Source: Vicugna vicugna (taxonomy: Eukaryota). From it: a stretch of DNA of 64,000 bases. The position numbers and the translations under genes were made by a program. The notes beneath the pieces are model-generated. The model saw nothing but the letters and a program-made list of their open reading frames with translations. It ran no database searches and was not told the DNA's origin. Where the stretch lies: the NCBI GenBank assembly GCA_013265495.1, contig MU058540.1:2877696-2941695 (forward strand), read 5' to 3'. Shown in pieces: positions 13,001 to 25,570 of this stretch; position 1 is the stretch's first letter, and the number at the start of each line of letters is the position of its first letter.

Positions 13001-14854
13001 AATGTGAGATTCCTGTGCAAACTCGGCCTAGCAGCAATCACAGTCAAGGCTCCAGGAATGGCTGGCAGCCTAGAGGTCAGATTAGCTTGAAAGCTACAAC
13101 CTCCAGCCTTGGGGAAGAAGGTGAGAGAAACGGTGCCCAGAGACAGGGAGGGGCAGTGGCAGAAGCCAGGCACAGCTTTGATTACTTGGTGACATTTCTG
13201 TCACTATCCAGCCCTGACCTAGCAGCCCCAGGTCACCACACATGCCACTGTGGGCTGCAGGCCTTGGCTCCCAACCCCTTAGCACAGGACCAGCAAAGGC
13301 TCATGTCAGACCAACTGTGACTTCTGGGGACAGCAACCAAGAGAAGGGGCTCCTGGGTGTGTGACAATGAACTGGGCCTCACAAAATGAACATCTTGTTT
13401 GACATAGAAAGACAGAACAGAGCCCCTAATCTGGGAGGCAGGGAGGTGGACAGGGAGGACTGCAGGCTCTGGGGCAGGTGGCCTTGGATGACAATCCCAG
13501 CTCTTCCAGGTACTAGCTGTGTGGCCCTCTGCAACTGGCTTAGCCCCTGAAGACCGTTTACTCCTCTGTAAAATGGGGTAATCAGACCTATTTTGGAGTT
13601 GCTGTGAGAAGGCAACTACGTCATTCACACGGTCAGCATTGTTAAGCCTGAAATACTCAAGCCTTTTTTCCAAGCTCCTGTCTCCCAAATAATTTCCATT
13701 TACCACAAAAATGTCAGCTCCACAAGGCCAGGGATCTTTGTTTGTTTTGTTCATTGTTGTATCTTCAGCTTCTAGAACAGTGCCTAACATATACTAGGTA
13801 ATATAAATATTATTATTAAATATCTGTTGGCTAAGATCTCTTAAAACTTCATGAAGTGGGCCACATGGTAAAAATACTCTCCTTCCACAAAATCTCAAAG
13901 GGAGGCCCAGAGTGTATGGCTTTCCCCAAGTCACACAGCTGGTCAGTGGCAATGCCAGGCCTTGGGGCCAGGAGCTAGTGTTCTGTGGGTCTCTGAATGT
14001 GCGGGGCAGGAGTGAGAGCCAGGTGTGTGTGAGCCTCAGGAGGCCAGCAAGGATGGAGGATACTGGCAGAGTCGCCAGGCTTCGCCCTCGGCACGCCAAG
14101 CATCTCTCTCTCTAGTCTCCTCTGAGCCAAGCTGCAGGTCGGCTCCTAATGAGCCTCTCCTCTCCCAGGCAGAAGGTACATCTCCCTGATGCTTACAAGT
14201 CCCGAGGGCTGACAGGCCTTCAAGGGTTTGCCCTGAACTAACTGAGTCAGCCCATTACTCTGAGAGGCTTCGGGGAGGAAGAGATGTACGGGGCCTCACT
14301 AGGCCAGACAGCCAGCCTGGATGGTGGGGGCACTAGGCAACCCTAGCTATACTACAGTGACTTCGCTTCCTCTGTCCAAGTTCAGCTTCTGCATATGCGA
14401 ACCAGGGATAAGATGAGCCTAACTGAGGCCATAGTGCTGGCCTGGCCGCCCCACCCCTGCCACTGTGCTCAGCGTGTGGCGGGCTTCAAAAGAGAAGCAA
14501 CTGGTTCACCCAGGGGGCCGAAGTTTCAGCGATGTGTGAGACCCCAACTCCCGGGAATCCTCTCCCCTCTCAGGTGAGGACCCAGCACACTCAGTACCCA
14601 TTCACCATGAAGGTGTGAGTGAGTGATAGCAGTCCAACTCAGAGGAATCTGGTTTAACAGGGACAGATCCTCAAGTCACAGAATACTCAAAAACAGAGCA
14701 GGGGGACTTCAGGGAAGGTAGAAGGGCTTCTTATGATCACCCCACTTCAGCCTACTGGAGGCCTAGACTGGCTCTGACCTGCCCAAGCCCCTGAGCAAGG
14801 TTCTCCCATCCCACCCCACTCACTCTACATTTTGGCCATTATGTCAGCAGAACA

Positions 14855-15055
14855 CCGGGGTTAAGAATACAGATTCTAGAGCCAACCCACCTCGGTCCAA
14901 ATCCTGGTTCTACCACTGACTGGTAGTAAGAACCTGGGTGAGTTCCATAACCTCTCTGGGCCTCAGTTTCCTTACCTATAAGATGTGGATAGTATTTGTA
15001 GCTTTTCCAGAGGAGGTACTAATTGTTGGGAGGATTAAATTAGTTCACATATAAA
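14855..15055 (+). mobile_element. MIR
   Basis: ggttaagaatacagattctagagcca...aatcctggttctaccact...aacctctctgggcctcagtttccttacctataa. Confidence 0.85.
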
Positions 15056-16849
15056 AATTACCTCAGAAGTGCTACAGGAGCACTTCTCTCTGTCTCCCAC
15101 CCTGGCCTGGGAGCAACCTCAGGAGGAGGCTTGGGTCTGATAGCTCAGTGTGTCCACAGCACCCAGCACAGTATCCTGGACCTGTCTGGCTTAGAAGACA
15201 GAGCTGCTAGATTAAATCCAGTGTATTCTATGAGGCTTCAGGAGGTGCCTCAGATGGAGAGGAAAGTGGCCTTGTTTTCCTGCACAAGGTCCACCCTCTC
15301 CTGCCCTGAGGGGGCCTCCCAAACGCTTGTACCTCCCGAATGGTTGTTGGGTACATGAGTGACCCTAGGGCTCAGCGGAGGGTAGGCTCACTTGATTACC
15401 AGGCCAGTGTGACACACCTGACCCCTCCATTAAGACCTCTGTCAGTCATGTCACAGTCAATCTGTTCCTGGCTACAGAGGAGGGCCCAAGCTGCCCAGCC
15501 ATCCTGGAGGGAAGCCAGTCTAGGGCTCAGCCTCAGAGGGGGAAAGGGGAGCCTGCCTGGGCTCTCCCCACGACCTGCACCTTCCCACTGCACCCTCACT
15601 GCCTCCCATGGCTGAACAGTGAGCCTAGGCCTCTGAACTGGGCTGCCCTCCTCACCATCCTGACAAAGCTGTATTCTGAGCCCCTGAGAGCCCCTCCTAG
15701 GTATTCAGGGTTGTAGGGGGCCAGTTGGACCCCTAAAACCTCTAGGCAGTGTGGTCAGAAATCCCAGTTCCTTCCATCCCCATGAGAATGAACTGCCATG
15801 CTCTTCATCCCCTAACCTTGAATTTCTGCCCCCAGCTCCTTCCTCTCTATTCCAACATTTTTTCCCACATCATTTGTCCCACTCACCAACCTTCCAGCCT
15901 CCCAGAGCCTACTTTAGACCCTGCTGTTCCAACCAGACTGTCCTCCCATTCCCCACCACTCCAGGACCTGGACAGATACGTAGCAGGGGTTCTTTTGGCT
16001 GGAATGCCTATTTTTGTCTCCAATCTCATTCTGCATAACTATTTAGCTATTTAACAAACATATGTGCACACCTGAGCTCCCTGTGGTCAGGTTATAAGCC
16101 TCCTGAAGATGGAAGTGTGGCTACATTCCTTTGAATGCCACACAGCTGGAGGCACAGTGCCAAGCACATAGTAGGTGCTCAATGACCATCTGCGGAACAG
16201 ATTGTGGCTTTTCTGTCCCATCTAAGAGGCAGGAAAATAAGCCATCTCAACTCCTGGATCAGCAGCCTAATAAAGAGGGAGACAGGGGTGCTTAAGGCTG
16301 TCCATCCACTCATTCCTTTCCCCCATCCCACTGCACACACCCTGTCAAGTAGCCACTGTGAACAGAGTCCCAGGGTGCCCGTGCCAATGCCACCAGCCAG
16401 GATACCCTGAGGTGTCTGCTCTGACAACCCAGTGTTCCTGTCAGAGTGGCCAGCAGAGGCCCAGCTTCCTCAAGTCTGCCTGGGCAGATCTGCCTGAGAA
16501 GCCCCTGCCAGCTGGGCCACCAGCTATAGCAATCACCAGGAAACCAGGCTGGGTTCTTGTGACAATGTAGACCAATACCGTGTTGCAGCTCCCATCCTAC
16601 GTGCCCCCTCTCCCCTGGCACTTACCACAATTTGTAATTATATGTTTCTCTGCCTGATTATTGGATTAATGTCTGCCTCCCCCACTAGCATGTAAACTGC
16701 AAGAGGCTGGGTGAAGGGTGGAGACTGTGCATTTTGTTCCCTGCTGACTTCCCAGTATCTAGCACAGTGCCTGTCACATGGTAGGGAGTCAATAAACATT
16801 TGTGGACAAAATGCTGAATGGTACTTTATGCATACCAGAGCCTTCTAGT

Positions 16850-17010
16850 GTAGGTTGTGTCATGTAAGCTTCAAAGAAGCCCTATAAGGTAGGTAGATGT
16901 TTAAATACCCATTTTACAGATAAGAAAACTGAGGCTCAGGCAGGTCAAAGTTTGCCCAGGTTGACAGTACTTTTCAGTCAGAGTCAGAATTAGAAATCAG
17001 GTATCTGTTA
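16850..17010 (-). mobile_element. MIR
   Basis: cccattttacagataagaaaactgaggctcag core. Confidence 0.8.
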
Positions 17011-17605
17011 TCTACACTCCACAATCTACACTCAAACAATGATGAGAGGTAGTATGAGTAGCATCAAAAAACTCCACGAGCTCTTTGCACTGCACTCCTC
17101 ATCCCCATTAATGGCAATCTGGGTGGCAGAGCATATCCTGGGATCTTGACTTCCCAGAGTCCTTCAGCCAGGAGTTGGAGCTGGTGGGGACCAGGGCACC
17201 TCTGCCTGCATCCAGAGCCACCATCTGGCACACAGCTGCCCCTCCACTAGGAACAATGAAAAGACCAGCTGCTGAGATCCAGGCTAGGGAACCCCAACAC
17301 TCACCAGGGCTTCCCTGGAATCCTGGGCACCTCCCATCCCCGCAACCTGGGGGGCTTCCACCATTGGGAACATCAGACTGGGAAGAAAGAGGAAGGGGCT
17401 GGGGAGGGTGTGGAGAGGGAAAGGAGGGAAAGGAGATGAAAGGCAGACACTGCCCAGGAAGGCAGAGGGAGTCCACAGTCCCACCCTGTGCAGGGCCACC
17501 TGCACACAGCTCCAGGAGGCTCTGCTGGTGCTGATGGGACGGACTGCGTCAAAATGAACCACCTCCCGCACCTGTGCTTGGCAGGGGGGCATTTCCTCAT
17601 CTCAC

Positions 17606-17710
17606 CGATCATAGTCCCCGTTGCACAGGGCTCTCACGGGAATGGAGAACGTTTGCCAGACTGGGTTTAGGGTATTCTTCATGACCTCGGTCTTGTGGCA
17701 GATCGTGAAC
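17606..17710 (-). CDS. CPNE5: CPNE5 exon 10 (105 nt): [34 protein letters not shown](R)
   Basis: CAG acceptor 17711-17713 and GTGAGA donor 17600-17605. Confidence 0.97.
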
Positions 17711-18079
17711 CTGGCAAAGAAGAGAGGGAAGGCTGTCAGTCCTGACCCCAAGGGAGGCAGAATCCAGGTCAACAGAGGGGCTGGCTGGTTAATTTCTACA
17801 GTTGCCAGACAGTGGAAATGATGGCTTCATGAAGTGATGAGCTGCCCTTCACCAGCAGCACCCAGGGAGAAACCAGACAGCCATTTCTTGATGACACTGC
17901 AGAGAAGATTCCTGTACCAGGTGGGGAGTGTCAGGAGATGTGGTTCTCACTCTGCTCTCTCACCTGTAAGCCCAGGGAGTTGGCCACTATCCGACCTTCT
18001 TCATCTGAGATTCACGAAGGGATCAGAGGATGGGCGTTTGGGATGTATGAACCCTTGAAACCATCAGTGGAGCTGGGTG

Positions 18080-18500
18080 CCTAAGTTTCACGAGCTTGCT
18101 TCTCCCCTGCCTGGAGCACTCTCTCCCCAGATTTCCATGTTCATAGCTCACTTCCTCACTTCCTTCAGGTCTTTGCTCAAATGTCACCTCTTTGACATGA
18201 TCACCTGCCCTGAGCACCATTATTTAAAATGTATAACCTCCTGGTCCCCTGACTCGGACATCACCTAGTCCTCTTCCGTACTGCTTTTTCCATTGCATCT
18301 GTCATCATTTGACATTTGACATGGTCTATCTTTCTCTTTATTTCTTTCACAGTCTGTCACTAAAATGCAAGCTCCATAAGGGCAAGGGTTTGTCTTCTTT
18401 AATCAGTGGTATATCTCTAGTGCCCAGAATAGTGCCTGGCACCACTTAGTAAGTATTCACGTAACATTTTTTTCTTTTGGAATGAACTAATGAATAAATG
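18080..18500 (+). mobile_element. L2 3' fragment
   Basis: cttcctcacttccttcaggtctttgctcaaatgtcacct...aagctccataagggcaggg-like...agaatagtgcctggcac...aatgaataaatg. Confidence 0.8.
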
Positions 18501-19849
18501 TATTTCTCAGAGGAGAGTTTACATAGCTTTCACTGGCATTTTGAGCCAGTGAAATTAAAGCCCCTAGCTTAGATAATCTCTAAGACCCTTTCAGCTCGTT
18601 CTTCTAGTCTGAATCAATGAGCTTACTTTGCAAACTAGAAGGGCAGAATTGGCTTAACCCCAGCTGGGCCCCAATCCAGCGCCCCTGCCCACTCCCCACA
18701 CCATGCCTGGCTGGCCCCATCCTGGAAGCCTGCCCTGCCACATGGAGGGGCAGCCAGGAGCCAGAGTGGAGCAGGGCAGCGGGTGGGGGCAGGGGCTGTC
18801 CCCCTGAGATTTCCCAGCATCTACCCCAGCTACCTCCCGACTTGGAAAGGTCACCCAGGAAAGTGCCTGGGCCCCGCCTGTGCCCACACAGCCTGTGCCA
18901 TTTCTTCCCAGGCAATTTTCAAGTCAAAATGTCATTCCTGTCACTGTGGCTCAGCATTTCACTTCTGTGCTCCTTCTCGCCCACCCACTGGAGTGTGAGG
19001 TACACGTGGGAGACCTCCCCACACACCCCAGAGCTGGTGACGAGGACAGGAATGGGGACAGGGGAAGGAGGAGCTGCAGGTGCCCATGGCTGGGGCAGGC
19101 AGGTAGGGCTGGAAGGGGAGCCTGGGTTGCGGGGTAGGGCGGGTGGCGGGGAGGAGGGAAAATCAGATCAGCAACTGGTGGTGAAGGGAGGGAGGTCTGC
19201 ACGGGGCAGAAGCCCTAACCTCCCACCTGGAGCAGTCACAGAGACCTGCCGTGGACCCTCTCAGCCTCTCCACGTCTCTGGAACCACTGCCTTCTCTATC
19301 TCCTCTCTCTTGCCAGCCAAATATCCTGACCAAGTCTTCTAAGCTTCTAAGCTATTAGCCTCATTTCCTCCTTGCTTCTTTTCTTCCTGAGCCCTGCATA
19401 GTCTGCTTTCTGCTTTAGACTCGTGCCCCAAACTGCTTTCTTTAAGCTCCCCTGAGCCCCTCATCAGCAAATCCACAGGCCCTTCAACTCTCTGCCACAC
19501 TTGTCATGGGGGACCAGGTGCCAGTGTGGAAATGGTCCCTGCAGTCATCTTCTGCCTCAACTGAATTCATTTCAACAAACACTCGGGGCGTGGTGTTGGG
19601 GGAGCATTAACCAACAGGGTCAGGCAGATGCGGGGTCTGGTCCCAGGACCACCACTGCCAGCTGTGCAGCCCTGGGCAAGTGACTGAGCTTCCCTCTCAC
19701 CGTAAAAGGGGGTAAGAACTGTAACTAATGCTGCCAGGCTCTGTTCTAATAACCTATATTAACTCATATAATCCTCATGACAACTCTGTGAGGAAGGTGT
19801 TATGATTATCCCATAATACAAACCAAGAGACTGAACCACAGAGGGTAGC

Positions 19850-20040
19850 ACTGTGTTGTCCAGAAAGGTAGCCACCAGCTACACCTGGCTATTTACTTAG
19901 GTGAACTAAAATGAAATGAAATAAAATTCAGTTCCTCGGTCACGCTAGCCCCATTTCAAGAGCTCAGCAGCTACAATAGCGACCATACAGGACAGGAACA
20001 TACAGAACATTTCCACCATCCCAGAAAGTTCCATTGGGGT
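19850..20040. mobile_element. MER3/MER33-like hAT MITE
   Basis: gtagccaccagctacac...aaaattcagttcctcggtcacgctagccccatttcaag...agaacatttccaccatcccagaaagttccattgg. Confidence 0.75.
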
Positions 20041-20882
20041 AGAGACTTGTCTGAAGTTACATAGGTAATACTTGGCAGTGCCAGGCCGAGCCTGGCTCCA
20101 TCACCACGTTCGTACTCCCAGACAGTGATTCTGATTGAAGAAGACAAGGCAGGGGCAGTGCCAGAAGCACAAGAGTGTGCTTCCTTCCCTTTCCCTCTTG
20201 GCGTGGCAGGTGTGACATTTCACTACCTCCCTGGGTCCCTCCAGATCGGTTTCTCCAGCTGCCCTTGGTGTCTCCCTCACCCCAGCAAGATCCAGCCCAT
20301 GATTCAAGTGAAAGTCTCCCCTCCAAATAAACTCCCATCACCGCCCCCATCTGACCAGCTCCTTTGCTATTTTCAACAGTCTAGGTTCCCTGCAGCTCCA
20401 CTACCAAGGAAGGGGCTGTGACTACAGTCCCCACCCAAGTTCTGTGGAGCGAGGTCTCGCACTGTCCCCTTGCCCTGTCCTCCGCTCCCGCTTCCTCCCC
20501 TGCATTTCCACAGCACAGCTCGCTTGGCGCAGCACCTCCCACCTGTTCACCGTGTCAGTCACGAGTCTTTCCCTCTCCCCCGCCCCATCCCCATCCATCC
20601 CACACTTAGCTCTGCTAGAATAATCATTGGCAAACACTGCAACACACCCCTCTCCTGCTCCACAACCCAAATCCCTCCCTCCTGCTGGCCGGCCAGCCCT
20701 CACCTCTGAGACAAGCCTGGTGGGCCCCTGATCTCCCGTCTGGAGGATACCTGCATAGACACTTCCATGGATGCCCAGAACATCACTCAGATCTCTTCCT
20801 CCCTCCCTTAAGTCAAATTAAAGTCAACAAGAATTATTTAAAGAAATCCTGCTAGGAGTCCTTCTGTGAGACAAAGAATCCT

Positions 20883-20896
20883 TTTGTTATGCAAAT
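20883..20896 (+). promoter_or_regulatory. Candidate SOX-OCT composite element (TTTGTTATGCAAAT)
   Basis: SOX-like half-site directly abutting a perfect octamer ATGCAAAT (20889-20896); function not shown. Confidence 0.45.
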
Positions 20897-22048
20897 GATC
20901 GTACCTAATTTTCCTTGTTTTGTACGTTCAGGTTTAAAAATCAGTTTTCCCTTGAACTGAAACACACCTCCTCCCTGCCGCTGCCCTGCCCCCAACACAC
21001 ACACACTCACACACTCACATCCACCCAGAATTTCAGATTTAAGGAGACAGCGAAGCTCTCTGCCCCTCTGCTTAGGGCATGCTTGCTTTGTACATGCTGC
21101 TTCTCTAGCCTGCTATTCTTCCCTGCTCCTCACCCCCACCCCCCAACCCCCGTGGACCCATTTTCTTCCTCTCCTTCGAAACCTACTTCCTAGTTCCTCT
21201 TCTCCAGCAGTTTCTCTAATTAACCTCCCTGGCCTCATCTCTTCCTCATTCTGCAGAATCCCTGCCGTAAGTGGCCACAGCCTCCCAGAGCTGTGTTGCT
21301 TAAAGAGACCATGGAGACCACCTAGTCCAACTGGATCATTTTACTGATGAGAAAACAGGCCCAGAGAGGGTGGATACTTGCCTGGGGCCACACAGTTGGT
21401 TGCAGAGAGGGCCTAGGGGGACTAGAATCTGTCCCTCTGTGTACATCACTGCCCTACATTGGCCAACGAGTTGTCTGTCTTTCCATCATATTGTGGGTGG
21501 CTTCCACACTAGGGAGAGGAGAAGGAAATGGGGCTTCAGAGATGTGAGGGATTTTGAATGAAGCCTGTGGCAGAGTGTGGAGCCAGGTGGGGAAAAGGGT
21601 CTGGATTTGCCATGCTGAGTATGAAGTCGTGGGGGGACATGTAGTAATGGGGTGTCAGAAGGGCTGTGTGTGGACGAGGCCTAGGCTTAGAGATGTGGAC
21701 TGATTTGTGTGGAAGAAGGAATGGGCTATCAGAGGGGCTCCTCAATCCTGTCCTAGGCCTGTTTTTGCCTGCTCCCTCCATCTCTGATATGCCCAGTACT
21801 CACCATTGCTAAAATCCTCAGAATAGCACTGTGGGCTTGGAGGCTGCTTCCAAAACCCCACCAGCCCCATCCATGCCACCAGGCACTATCCTGGAGCTCC
21901 TGACTTCCACCCAGAGCCCCTTTCCTCTCTTGAGCAGGAACCCCAGAGCAGCACCAGGAGGAGAGAGTCCAAGCCACCGTGCACAGCAAGTCACCACAGC
22001 CCAGCCTCCCGTTGATCCCAGAAGGTGGAGTGAGGCCAGAGAACTCAC

Positions 22049-22152
22049 GTTCCATCCTCGTTACTCCTGTAGAATACCAAGAAGGGGTCAGACTTCCCAA
22101 AGAAATCCTTCTTGTCCAGCTTGTTGGCACAGAACTGCATTGTGGCGACGTC
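22049..22152 (-). CDS. CPNE5: CPNE5 exon 9 (104 nt): [34 protein letters not shown](T), start of C2B
   Basis: CAG acceptor 22153-22155 and GTGAGT donor 22043-22048; [13 protein letters not shown] copine signature, also visible in ORF 22045..22272. Confidence 0.97.
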
Positions 22153-24320
22153 CTGGTGGGAAGGAAGGAAACAGGGTGTGAGGCAGCAGAAGGCTAGAGG
22201 GTGCCCCAGGGCCCTGGGGATTCCAGGCACCAAGCTGGTTAGAAAGGATAATATCTCACATTTGCCCCACACCGAGTGCCAGGCCCTGAGCTAACACTTC
22301 GGAGGGTCTCCTTTCATCTTCCAACCCCACCTGGCAGAGCAGCCAGCCAGTGAAGCAAGTGGATTCTGCAGCCGGCTGCCCCAGTTTGAATCCTGGCTCT
22401 ACTGCTTTGCAACCATGTGACCGGGAAAAGGAGGTAACCTCTTAGAGCCTCAGCTTTCTCCTTGTACATGGAGCTGATTGCAGCACACACCTCAAAGGTT
22501 GTGGTGAGAGCTGAATGAGATCAGTTTGGAGCAAAGTGTAGGCACATCACACCCTTGAGGTCAATGTTCATGCACATAGTTCATCACTATTTTGCTGAGC
22601 GGCTCAGAGGGGTGAAATGACGAACCCAAGCCACCCTGGGCTCAGTCACCTAACCCCAGAGCCCTCACTGTCCACATGGTCTCATTCCCTCACAAGTTTG
22701 TGTGGTTCCTAGAGGACACTCATCACTTTCACATGTGCTGACTGACAAGAGGCCCCCTAACTCTGAGGTAGATATAGCTGGACCTGACTTCCCACTTTAC
22801 AGCTGAGGAGAGAAGAGTACAAAGGAGCCACAGCCACCTGGTTGGAACAACACCTCTGCCACCTACCAGCTGAGCAGCCTGGGGCAAGCAATGTAACCTT
22901 AATATCAAGTTCTCCTTTGAAAAATGGAGTAATAATGCCCCCTGTGAGCCTCTTGGAAAGACTAAGGGAGCTGGCATATGTTAAGTACCAGTCCACAGTG
23001 TCTAGCACAGAGCAGTTAAAAGAATCGGAGCCAACACGTGCAGTGTGCCATCTGCTTCTGGGCTAACCCCGATGAAACTGCCAATGTTCAACTAGTGTTT
23101 ACAATAAATACTATTGTTATTCCCATTTTAAAGCTGCGAAGACTGAGGCACAGAGAGGTTGACACCCTTGCCTAAAGCCACAAAGCTAGTAAGAGGATTG
23201 AAACAAGACAGTCTGTCTCCAAAGATTAATAACTGAGATTCCAAATGATGACCCTGAATCATCAAGATAAGTTTAATTATGTTCTGTAGCCTCAGTTTGA
23301 GAAGTCAGAGAAGTGTGAAATCCATTTTAGAAAGGCCTCCCCTGTGCAAACTAGTTAAAATTAAACAAACAAAAAAAGACTGGCTCTGAAATTCATCTAA
23401 CTGGAAAAATCCACCAGTGAGCCACACCTCATCCCCCCGACTCCCCCACCCCCACACAGCGAATATATGTGAGGCGTTGCTGGGGGCTTATTTTTTGTTC
23501 AACCTGATCTGCCCTCCCTAACACCGCCTAGACCCGAGAACATCTGCCAAAAGCCCATTATGATAAACTGTATTGTGCCATTATCAAATCCAAGGGCATA
23601 AAACAGAACTTCAGAGAGCTTTCTAGGCTGTAACCAAGGCAGGCTTCTTCCCCAGTGGGTGTGCATCCCATGGGGAGTCCTTGAGGCAAGGAACATGTAA
23701 CTGTACGGGGGCTTGCTTTTGAAGGTGACGCTGAGTTATGTCAATAGTCATATGAACTATGCTTTGACTGTTCCTCTTAAATAAAGGTTAATCATACGCA
23801 TGTGACCCCAGGAAAAGGCTGGGTAAGTGTCAATAAAACCGCCTGGGCCAGCAAGACTTGAGAGCAGCAAATTCTGGCTGAAGGTCAGAGGTCCTGCTGT
23901 TTGACATCCTTAGCCTGAGAGTGGGGCTCTCTGAGCACATGAAATGCCTTTCTCAAACCAGAAGCATCTCTGGAATCAACTGCAGAGAAAATAAAGCAGC
24001 TCCTGCAATGTGTAATTTTTTGCAATTTCTGCCTTTTCAGCCTATCTTTTAAAAAACATATTAAATTCTTCTAAAAGCAGGATTTCCTCAATTTGCATCT
24101 TCCCACATGTTAGTCAGGCTGCTTGGGATACCACAGCAAACAACCTTTCTCTCTAGGGTGGCGGTCTGGCCCACTCTAGCATGTTAGCCTTCCCTGACCC
24201 AGAAGAGGGCCATGTAGGGCAGAAGTCAGGCCCAGAAGTCAGCAGGTGGGTTGAAGGCTGGGAGAAAGTAGCAACACCCAGGAGGGGAGAATGGAAGGTT
24301 TGGATCTTGCTGGCAGCCCC

Positions 24321-24470
24321 CAGGGTCAGAGCAAGGATAAGGTAAGTGCAAAATTTAAGGGACTCCAAAAATCTCAATAATCAAAATAAAGATTTGAATG
24401 CGATAGTTTAAAAAAATCAAAATGAATGCAAAAATCCATGATACATATAATATTAAATATCTAAATAAAG
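24321..24470. mobile_element. MER96B-like hAT fragment
   Basis: aaaatttaagggactccaaaaatctcaataatcaaaataaa...aaaatcaaaatgaatgcaaaaatccatgat resembles the consensus as recalled. Confidence 0.6.
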
Positions 24471-24471
24471 T

Positions 24472-24595
24472 CATTTTACAAATGAAGAAACTGAGGCACA
24501 GAAAGGTCAAGTAACTTGCCCAGGGTCACACAGCCAGTAAGCAATGGCATTTGGCCTGGATCCAGAGCCCAAATTCTTAACCACTTTCCCCTACT
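24472..24595 (-). mobile_element. MIR
   Basis: cattttacaaatgaagaaactgaggcacagaaaggtcaagtaacttgcccagggtcacacagc core. Confidence 0.88.
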
Positions 24596-25239
24596 GCTCA
24601 CACACTGTACCCTAAGAAGCACTTTTAAAGAGATAGAGGAACCATGGTGACATTTATTGTCTTCTCTAATATTTGCTGCATTTTCCAAATTTCCTGGAAC
24701 TAGTATATTGTCTTTTTTAGTCAGAAAAAAGAAGACATTAATTAAAAAGAAAAAGAATCATTAGCCACAACTATAAAATTTAGCACTTCAGCAGGAAGGA
24801 ACACAACTCAGGGCTGAGGGTGACTAGTGACCTCTGGAAGGCTTCTGCATTCACAGAGAGGCCCAGAGCCACAGCTTGCCATGTCAAGACAGCTGAAGTA
24901 GGAGACCTGGGGTACAGGCATTCAGCGATGGCAGCGAAGATCCCCTAGGCTGGAGTTTATTCTAACACAGATGGTGGATATTGAAGTTGGCCTAAGAGAC
25001 TAGGCCTGTCTGTACACATTGACTTTAATAACCATGTTGAGGTCAAGCTGGTTTTTCTCTGCTGTCTTAATCACTGACTTCTCAAGCAATCCAGTCAGTT
25101 GTGTATCTGTTGATTTGGTCATTCAGAGGCTGAAAACCCCACATGGGACCATTTTTCCTCCCACTCATTGAGTCTGTGTTTCTGGGATACTAACCAAAAT
25201 CAATCAACTAAGGTTCATAGAAAAATGGAACCATTCAGC

Positions 25240-25570
25240 TATGAGGATGTTCACTGCAGTATTAATTATATTGTTTCCTATAAAAGAACAGATTTCATAT
25301 ATTATGACCCATCCATACAATAGAGGAGTGATATGCAGCTTTAAATATGTCTTCCAAGAATATCTGGTGACATGGGAAAATAAATCTGGATACCATTTTC
25401 TACTAATTATAAGAAAAAACTATATACTTGTACACCCAGAAAAAAAAGCCTTGGAGGAAATGCATCAAAATGTCAACAATGATTATCTCTTACTGATGTT
25501 TCTACTCTTTGTATTTTCCAACTGTCCGTTTCAAAAATGTTATCTTTTTAGCATCTGGAAAAATGTTTTC
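25240..25570 (+). mobile_element. Ancient L1 (L1ME-type) 3' fragment
   Basis: aggatgttcactgcagtatta...atccatacaatag...ggaggaaatgcatcaaaatgtcaacaatgattatctct. Confidence 0.55.

Noticed and set aside
13233..13790. 185-aa minus-strand ORF
   Set aside because: Runs through L2 and MIR relics; translation resembles typical repeat-derived spurious peptides.
15065..15087. Perfect 9-bp hairpin AGAAGTGCT-acagg-AGCACTTCT
   Set aside because: Too short for a miRNA precursor, lies at a MIR edge and is plausible by chance.
18617..19342. 241-aa plus-strand ORF
   Set aside because: GC-rich intronic sequence, antisense to CPNE5, low-complexity G/P/S composition and no recognisable domain.
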